Shown here piece by piece: positions 48,139 to 54,513 of a DNA stretch of 54,513 nt. Each line of letters opens with the position of its first letter. Position 1 is the first letter of the stretch. Made by a program: the position numbers and the translations under genes. The notes under the pieces were generated by a model. The model was not told the origin of the DNA. It saw nothing but the letters and a program-made list of their open reading frames with translations, and made no database searches. The stretch comes from a virus (lineage: Duplodnaviria; Caudoviricetes): positions 1 to 54,513 of IMG/VR virus record IMGVR_UViG_3300032295_002835. One strand, 5' to 3'.

Positions 48139-48775
48139 CGGAACCCTTTTTAGTTTTTCTACGAGCCTGGCCTGTTCTGAATCCTTTGACACCACTCGGG
48201 GCCATTTTTTCAATGCGCCCTGGACCGCTGTCAGCAAATGCTTCAAGTGCGTCCCAGGCAGCCTTGGGCATGACAGTACCGCGTTCATCGGTCCAGGTGC
48301 CGTTTGGATACTTGTAGAAAGTTTCTGTATTTTGTGGATTGTTAATGCGTAATCTGTGCCCCTGAGGAATATTTTGAGCTGTTACATTGGGATCGTCAGC
48401 GCCATGTGCGGTACGTACCTGCATTTGACTCTGTTTTACCAGTGATTGCTGATCAAGGAAATTTTGCCATCTGGCATTGACTGCTGATCCACCTTGATTC
48501 CATTTTCCACCAGGATTTCTTGAAAATTTATTGACTTTGCCCTGACTGTCAGTGAATTCGATTTGATCAAGAGTGATGAATTTTACTCCGGGTGCTAACT
48601 GAAGTTTTTCTGCTTCAGGCGAATAATACTGTGCTAGATCATCCGTTTTCCGAAACAGATTGTCAGGATCCTGACCTGTTACACTGCGCACAGCACTGCG
48701 TCCCAGCTGTCTAGCCACTCCCCCTGCCACAGCGCCAACCGCGGCCAATGGGTTGGTGATTTCGTCAATCCGCAT
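48131..48775 (-). CDS. hypothetical (probable internal virion) protein
   Basis: MRIDEI N-terminus; AAGGAG RBS. Confidence 0.75.
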   Translation of the reverse strand: MRIDEITNPLAAVGAVAGGVARQLGRSAVRSVTGQDPDNLFRKTDDLAQYYSPEAEKLQLAPGVKFITLDQIEFTDSQGKVNKFSRNPGGKWNQGGSAVNARWQNFLDQQSLVKQSQMQVRTAHGADDPNVTAQNIPQGHRLRINNPQNTETFYKYPNGTWTDERGTVMPKAAWDALEAFADSGPGRIEKMAPSGVKGFRTGQARRKTKKGSGV

Positions 48776-49010
48776 TTGTTCTCCTTACAGACCGTGCAAA
48801 TTTGCTAGCATCGCGAGTGCGTATGGCATTGAGCAGTTTGCGAGTGAGATTCTCAGCCTGCTCTGCGCTGTATTCAGACTCAATTTGCTCCAACAAGCGT
48901 ATGGCAGATTGAATGATGTTGCTGGCACGATTTTCCAGCACCAGCTTGCGATCACGCTCGATGTATAACGAGTCTAGTTCTTCTAAGAGACTACGGGTCT
49001 TTTTTTGCAT
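48765..49010 (-). CDS. hypothetical helical protein
   Basis: Start MQKKTRSLLEEL after TAAATA box. Confidence 0.75.
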   Translation of the reverse strand: MQKKTRSLLEELDSLYIERDRKLVLENRASNIIQSAIRLLEQIESEYSAEQAENLTRKLLNAIRTRDASKFARSVRRTNAD

Positions 49011-49087
49011 GGTCAAAATATTTTTATTATTTAGCGATTGGCTGCTGCAAATAAATATCTGATACATTTTAACACAAGGAATTTTCA

Positions 49088-50695
49088 ATGACCAGTTCCA
49101 TAAATCCACTCAACATCAACAGCAATTATCCCGTAGCCGGTGTGCCCAACAACACCCAGGGCTTTCGGGACAATTTTACCAATATTCAAAGCAATTTTCA
49201 ATTTGCTGCTGACGAAATAACGGAACTGCAAACCAAGTCAATTCTCAAGGCCGCGCTGACAGGTAGCACTCTTGACAACAACATGAGTGATAACCTGATT
49301 TACGCTGCGCTGATACGAGATTTCAGTGGCGCTATTTCCACCAATACTGCTACTTCAGGGGCAGTTACAATTGATTACAGTGCAGCTCATTACCATGTGT
49401 TGAACCCCGCAGGCAGCATGACCTTGGCATTTACCAATCTGCCCAGCAGCGGCACGCTGGGCATGTGGCGGGTGCGTTTTGTAGTCACCAACGTTGCTTA
49501 CACCATAACCTTCCCGGCCGCAGTATCTGTGGGCACACTTGGTGTTCAGGGCCTCAGCGGCAGTATATTGACATTTGCCCAAACAGGCACTTACGAATTT
49601 GGATTTACTACCACCACAGGCGGTAGCACAATCACAATTTTTGATCTCAATAGACCACTGAGTTATTATACCAATGCAGTCAACGTGGCTGCAACCACAG
49701 CAGCCAACAGCACCACTACCGGTGCTTTGATCGTGGCCGGTGGAGTTGGCATAGGCGGGAATCTATATGTCAACGGTGACATTGTTGGCAACGTCACTTT
49801 TGGTGACATCAACACTGGCAATGTCACAGCAGCCGGCAATGTGGTTGGCGGTAACATTGTTACCACAGGCTTGATCACAGCCACAGGCAACATCACGGGT
49901 GGCAACATAGGCACGGCTGGGCGTATTACAGTTACAGGCAACGTCACTGGCGGCAATGTAATTACAGCAGGACTGATTACAGCCACAGGTGCTATTCAAA
50001 GCACTGCCAACATCACAGGTGGCAACATGGTCACAGCAGGCTTAATCACTGCCACAGCCAACATCACGGGTGGCAACATCCTCACAGCAGGCATTGTATC
50101 AGCCACTGCCAACATCACAGGTGGCAATGTAATCACTGGTGGCCTAATCACTGCCACTGCCAACATCACGGGCGGTAACATTCTCACCGCAGGTATCGTA
50201 TCAGCCACTGGCAATGTTAGTGGTGGAAACTTGATTGTGACTGGCAACATCGTTGATACTGGCCCATTGTCAATCGTAACAACATCAAATGGTAATATAA
50301 CTCTGGCTCCCAATGGCACTGGCACCGTGCTTGCTACCAGCGGCATTACCAGCACTTCCAACACAGGCGGTATTGGCTATGCTGTTGGCGCAGGTTCATC
50401 TGTGGTTCAGGGCACTAACCGCGCCACCGGCGTGCTTATCAATGCAGTGTGCGGAGCAATCACCTTGGTCAGTGCTGCTGGCAACACTACACCAACCACA
50501 TTTACCATGACCAACACCACCATTGCCCAGGCCGATGTTATCATTCTCAACCAACGCAGTGGTACCAACATATACAATCTTGAAGTGTCAAACGTACAGG
50601 CCGGCAGTGCAAATATCACTGTGTTTACCACAGGCGGCACTGCTACCGAAGCTCCGGTGATCAATTTTGCAGTGTTAAAGGCAGTGCAAGCATAA
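49088..50695 (+). CDS. tail-fibre-like structural protein with Gly/Asn/Thr repeats
   Basis: YPVAG..N.QGFRDNF N-terminus; repeats; TAAATA and AAGGA upstream. Confidence 0.8.
   Translation: MTSSINPLNINSNYPVAGVPNNTQGFRDNFTNIQSNFQFAADEITELQTKSILKAALTGSTLDNNMSDNLIYAALIRDFSGAISTNTATSGAVTIDYSAAHYHVLNPAGSMTLAFTNLPSSGTLGMWRVRFVVTNVAYTITFPAAVSVGTLGVQGLSGSILTFAQTGTYEFGFTTTTGGSTITIFDLNRPLSYYTNAVNVAATTAANSTTTGALIVAGGVGIGGNLYVNGDIVGNVTFGDINTGNVTAAGNVVGGNIVTTGLITATGNITGGNIGTAGRITVTGNVTGGNVITAGLITATGAIQSTANITGGNMVTAGLITATANITGGNILTAGIVSATANITGGNVITGGLITATANITGGNILTAGIVSATGNVSGGNLIVTGNIVDTGPLSIVTTSNGNITLAPNGTGTVLATSGITSTSNTGGIGYAVGAGSSVVQGTNRATGVLINAVCGAITLVSAAGNTTPTTFTMTNTTIAQADVIILNQRSGTNIYNLEVSNVQAGSANITVFTTGGTATEAPVINFAVLKAVQA
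49810..50250 (+). repeat. about 8 degenerate 51-bp (17-aa) coding repeats ITATxNITGGNxxTAGx
   Basis: Recurrent CAACATCAC(A/G)GGTGGCAAC. Confidence 0.85.
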
Positions 50696-50696
50696 T

Positions 50697-50750
50697 TTCC
50701 TTTCAGGCTGCTGTGTCTGTAAATATCAGGCAAGGCAACCTGAAAGGCAA
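50697..50750 (+). promoter_or_regulatory. RBS-sequestering hairpin with TAAATA in loop
   Basis: CCTTTCAGG(50699-50707)/CCTGAAAGG(50739-50747); inner TGTCTG/CAGGCA around TAAATA. Confidence 0.65.
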
Positions 50751-50752
50751 CC

Positions 50753-52450
50753 ATGACCGAACTAGAACAAATACAAGCATTACTCACTCAATTTCGTAGA
50801 CCCTGTCCCAACACTGAAGAATACAATCAAAGACTAGCTGAAGAATTTGAAGTAATTGTCAGTCAACGATTCACCGAATACTTTCTCAAGATCCGACGTG
50901 TGTTGGATTTCAACTCAGACATTCCACACATGACTCGCGGCAGTGCCGGATCCAGCCTGGTGTGTTATCTCATGGGCATCACTGATGTAGATCCCATGGA
51001 GTGGAAAATTCCGTTTGCAAGATTTCTCAATCCCTTGAGAGATGATTTACCTGACGTAGACATCGATGTACCGCATCACCAGCAGGCTCGAGCCATGCAG
51101 CGTATTTTTGATGCCTGGCCTGGACGCACAGCACGTATATCCAATTACGTACTGTACAAGGAACGTTCGGCTCGTCGTGAAGCAGCACGTAGACTGGGCG
51201 TGAAAGGCCGTTTGCCACGTGACTTTGAATATGGCAAACTGGGCATTGACGAAACCGAAGCTCGAAGAATTGAAAAGAAACTCATGGGCAAAACACGTTG
51301 TCTCAGCAAACACTGCGGAGGCGTCATAGTGTTTGATCGCAAGCTACCACAGAGTCTGTTTCGCGAAGACAATCTCATACTGCTGGACAAAAACGAAGTG
51401 GAAGATCTTGAACATCTCAAGGTGGACATCCTGGCCAATCGTGGGCTGAGTCAACTCATGGAAATTGATCCCACTCGACGTGTGCATGAATATCCCTTGG
51501 AAGACGACGCCACTGCTGATCTCCTGAGTCGCGGTGATGTGTTGGGCGTGACCCAGGGCGAATCTCCTGCCATGCGCAGATTGTTTAGAGCCATACGTCC
51601 CACTTCAGTAGCGGACTGTGTGTTTGCCACGGCACTGGTGCGACCCGTGGCCATGGAAGGTCGTCGCAAAGCTTCGTGGTTCCGGGACTGGACTGCTGAG
51701 GGCGCCAAAGAACGTGCCATAGTGTGCGAAGACGATGCCATAGAACGCATCATGAAGCTGATTGGTGTCAATGCCTACGAAGCTGATATGTATCGCAGAG
51801 CCTTTGCCAAAAAGAACGAAGAAAAAGTCATGGAATTCATGACACGTCTGGGAGATCATCCGCTCAAGGACGACATCTATCAGGAGATGTTGAATCTGTC
51901 GGGCTTTGGTCTGTGCCGTGCGCATGCTGTGAATCTTGGCAGACTGATCTGGGCCTTGGCCTATCAAAAAGCTCACAATCCACGTGAGTTTTGGCGGGCT
52001 GCGTTGCTGCACTGTCAGGGCAGTTATGCCAAATGGGTGTATAGAAACGAAGCCAAACGTGCAGGTTGGGATCTTAGGGATCTAGGTTTTGACAACTGGC
52101 TCACGGAAGATCCTGTGGAAAGTTTTCAAAAACACGGAGCCTGGAACTCGCCAGGCTTTTTGCCCAACATGGGCGTGCGTGGCCTATACATGGATCAATT
52201 TGAATTTGCTGGCATAGTGGCCAACAGCCGAGTGTTCAAGAAAGATCGCAATCAATACATTCATTTTATCACTCTAGGCGTGGGCGAGGGCGAATACGTG
52301 GATCTAATTGTGGACAAGCCTGTGAAGTACGGTTCAGGATCTGTGATACTGGGCAATGGAAAAATGTCCAGTCGAGATGGCAGTCAGTTTTTGCAATGCT
52401 CAAGATCAAATATCAAGAGTGTGTCTATCAAAGACTATCTAGAAATTTGA
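50753..52450 (+). CDS. dnaE: minimal family-C DNA polymerase (DnaE-like, no PHP domain)
   Basis: RGSAGSSLVCY, PDVDID, SKHCGGV, KVDILANRGL, FGLCRAHA. Confidence 0.85.
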   Translation: MTELEQIQALLTQFRRPCPNTEEYNQRLAEEFEVIVSQRFTEYFLKIRRVLDFNSDIPHMTRGSAGSSLVCYLMGITDVDPMEWKIPFARFLNPLRDDLPDVDIDVPHHQQARAMQRIFDAWPGRTARISNYVLYKERSARREAARRLGVKGRLPRDFEYGKLGIDETEARRIEKKLMGKTRCLSKHCGGVIVFDRKLPQSLFREDNLILLDKNEVEDLEHLKVDILANRGLSQLMEIDPTRRVHEYPLEDDATADLLSRGDVLGVTQGESPAMRRLFRAIRPTSVADCVFATALVRPVAMEGRRKASWFRDWTAEGAKERAIVCEDDAIERIMKLIGVNAYEADMYRRAFAKKNEEKVMEFMTRLGDHPLKDDIYQEMLNLSGFGLCRAHAVNLGRLIWALAYQKAHNPREFWRAALLHCQGSYAKWVYRNEAKRAGWDLRDLGFDNWLTEDPVESFQKHGAWNSPGFLPNMGVRGLYMDQFEFAGIVANSRVFKKDRNQYIHFITLGVGEGEYVDLIVDKPVKYGSGSVILGNGKMSSRDGSQFLQCSRSNIKSVSIKDYLEI

Positions 52451-53449
52451 CCCGCAGTAGTCATCGCAGATCACAAGTCGTCCCTGATCATAACTCTTGC
52501 TGTTCCATGAATTTTTGATTTGATTGAACCATTCAATGCACTGCTGCAAAGAGTATTCCAGTGCATTGTTTTTGGCCACCAAAGCTGTGAGCTGTTGATT
52601 CACAGCCTGATAATACTGCCCATGTCCAAAGGTTCGAGGATACAGTCCAGTCCAGCAGCAGGGACTTACATCGCCATTGGCAGCAATGTAGATACTGCGA
52701 TTGCGTTTGGCATCACATCTCACCCGGCGTCGTGGTTTGCGATCTTTCACTATATCTTCCAGCAACACAGTGTCATTGAGTTTTTTGTGAAACAACAACG
52801 GAAAACTGGTTTCGCCTTGATAGTCCCCCAACACATGCACAAGATTTTGATCACGATCAAACACCGGCGCTGTGTCTCTGCCATCACTCACTAGACTGAA
52901 TTTTGTAAAACCAAGGTCGCGGCTGAGTTGTTTACACTGTTTGACTTGATGTAGATTGTGTTTGAATTTGATCATCTGCCATACCGCAACACCACCGGCC
53001 TTGATAAAAACATCTGCATTGCGAATCACTGTGGACCACACTGTGTTTTGTCTATAGAGATGATGTGTGTCTTGCAAACCGTCCAGTGCAAATACCACCT
53101 GTGCCTGGGCTTTGGCCAGTCTCTGCCAGAAATCTTTGTCACGAGCTCCGCCATTGGTGTGAACTGTGATTTTGATCTTGGGATTGTTGCTGCGGAAATA
53201 TTCGATGATGTCAGCGCCGTCAGGATTCATCACAATGTCACCAAAATTTCCATTCACACGAATGCTTTTGAGTTGTTGCAAAAATTCAGGTGAAAAAATA
53301 GTCTTGGCCTGTGCCAGACCAAGATACAGTTCAGGATAACCGTCATTGTAAGGATATCCCCAGAACGTGCGCGGACACCAGGCACAGGATGCATTACACA
53401 GTGTGGCAGCCTCCAGATGCACATCACGTATCTGGTGATATTCGATCAT
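52439..53449 (-). CDS. radical SAM protein with C-terminal twitch/SPASM Cys domain
   Basis: CNASCAWC, HTNG, ALDG; C-terminal C...GDVSPCC...CDDYC. Confidence 0.85.
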   Translation of the reverse strand: MIEYHQIRDVHLEAATLCNASCAWCPRTFWGYPYNDGYPELYLGLAQAKTIFSPEFLQQLKSIRVNGNFGDIVMNPDGADIIEYFRSNNPKIKITVHTNGGARDKDFWQRLAKAQAQVVFALDGLQDTHHLYRQNTVWSTVIRNADVFIKAGGVAVWQMIKFKHNLHQVKQCKQLSRDLGFTKFSLVSDGRDTAPVFDRDQNLVHVLGDYQGETSFPLLFHKKLNDTVLLEDIVKDRKPRRRVRCDAKRNRSIYIAANGDVSPCCWTGLYPRTFGHGQYYQAVNQQLTALVAKNNALEYSLQQCIEWFNQIKNSWNSKSYDQGRLVICDDYCGSNF

Positions 53450-54513
53450 GTCTGTTTGATACGATTCAACAGATTTTTCAGTTTGGTGGATTGCACATCA
53501 ACGGAGATTTTTCCGGGTTCGTCAGCCACTGTGGCATTGGGCTCGTCTGTAGTAATCTGGCTTTTTGCCTTGATGCTTTCGTAGATGCTGGGTGCTCGCT
53601 TTTTGAATTCCTGATATTGTTCATCTTCGGCGAGGTCAGTAATGCGCATGGTTTCAATGTTGTACTCCAGGTCAATTTTTTGTCCCACGCCGGTTGACGA
53701 GCGACTCTTCATACACTGTATTTGATACTTGCCACGCTCACGCATGGCTCGCGATGTAAAAATACCAAACACATTATCTGCTGTGTTGATTTTTGAAATA
53801 CCGCCCGAGATATGACTGTGGTCAAATTCAATTTCTTCCACTGCACTACGATTCAACTGTGATGCTGTTATCATCAACAGTGACAGTTCCTTGGCCAAGT
53901 TGCGTAGTTCTTCACTCACATACTTGTCTTTCACAAACAAGTCATTGGGACTGACCTTGGCGCTGACCGGCATCAAGAGATCCAAATAGTCTACCATGAT
54001 AAAGTCAACTCTACGTCCGGTCTTGATCTGATATTCTTTGAGATATGCACGAATGTCATTGATGTTGCTCTGTGCTGGCAGTACCTTGATTTGATAGCTG
54101 CCGGCCTTCTTGCCCACCATTTTGACCTTGAGTGCTGCTGTTTCTTTTTCTTTGCGTATTTCCTTGGTGCTCATGTTTGTGAGCATGGCTGATGTACGCA
54201 GACCTGTGAGTTCTTCTGAAAGTTCCAGCGTGACATACACACCATGTAGGCCTTGTTGCACCCAGTTCAAGGCAATGTTCATCATCACAAGGCTCTTGCC
54301 CGAGCCTGATCCGCCGGCAAAGATGTTGAGTTCGCCGCGACTAAAACCACCATACATGATTTTGTCCAACTGTGGCCAACCCGTGCTGACCTGTCCACCA
54401 GCATCAAAATACTTGGTGAACATACCTTCGGGGTCAGCCCAAAAATCTGTGCCTAGATCCTTGGTGAGGCTGATTTGCACAGCATCCTTGATCAGTTTCT
54501 CCACAGGTTCAAA
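53446..54513 (-). CDS. dnaB: replicative helicase, DnaB/T4 gp41-like (5' end outside window)
   Basis: GGSGSGKS Walker A, TLELSE, MVDYLD, TASQLNR, KSR. Confidence 0.9.
   Translation of the reverse strand, partial: FEPVEKLIKDAVQISLTKDLGTDFWADPEGMFTKYFDAGGQVSTGWPQLDKIMYGGFSRGELNIFAGGSGSGKSLVMMNIALNWVQQGLHGVYVTLELSEELTGLRTSAMLTNMSTKEIRKEKETAALKVKMVGKKAGSYQIKVLPAQSNINDIRAYLKEYQIKTGRRVDFIMVDYLDLLMPVSAKVSPNDLFVKDKYVSEELRNLAKELSLLMITASQLNRSAVEEIEFDHSHISGGISKINTADNVFGIFTSRAMRERGKYQIQCMKSRSSTGVGQKIDLEYNIETMRITDLAEDEQYQEFKKRAPSIYESIKAKSQITTDEPNATVADEPGKISVDVQSTKLKNLLNRIKQT

Noticed and set aside
49810-50250. CRISPR array or DGR repeat pair
   Set aside because: Repeats are in-frame coding units varying at synonymous sites; no spacers, no cas or reverse transcriptase gene
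1-54513. Many antisense/shadow ORFs in the track (e.g. 1532..2125, 22509..23063, 40507..41082) and tRNA/rRNA genes
   Set aside because: Shadow ORFs overlap well-supported genes and lack motifs or RBS; no cloverleaf or rRNA-like sequence was seen by eye (tRNAscan not run)

Overview
This 54.5-kb window is densely coding (mostly minus strand) and looks like part of a large, T4-like/jumbo myovirus genome rather than a cellular chromosome. Support: a PAAR spike, baseplate- and tail-fibre-like genes, a gp41/DnaB-type helicase, ATP-dependent DNA ligase, NrdAB plus glutaredoxin, dCMP deaminase, a PD-(D/E)XK exonuclease, T4-like (TA)TAAATA late-promoter boxes and repeated TTGACC/A-N17-TAYAAT early promoters. 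A proteobacterial host is inferred from the host-like DnaK/ClpX/IscU/IscA. Auxiliary cargo is rich: ClpP, ClpS, ClpX, Hsp20, DnaK; IscU/IscA bracketing two tandem B12-type radical SAM paralogues; two further radical SAM enzymes; two amidinotransferases, an Fe/2OG-type oxygenase and UDP-glucose dehydrogenase; UvsE; a half-size DnaE; a fatty-acid desaturase broken by one in-frame TAA; and a lipoprotein cluster. The most interesting signals lie outside the supplied ORF track: (i) a shared ROSE-like 5'UTR before both hsp20 and dnaK; (ii) a ~145-nt structured region behind a perfect sigma70 promoter; (iii) a multi-stem RNA candidate before the desaturase; (iv) a PhaR-like box in the promoter of a phasin-like gene; (v) small ArfA-like, entericidin-like and HTH ORFs; (vi) an RBS-sequestering hairpin with a late promoter in its loop before dnaE. 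Within the ORF track, a Pol-beta-NTase/ligase-like fusion protein also stands out. All calls come from reading motifs by eye; no database search was run.
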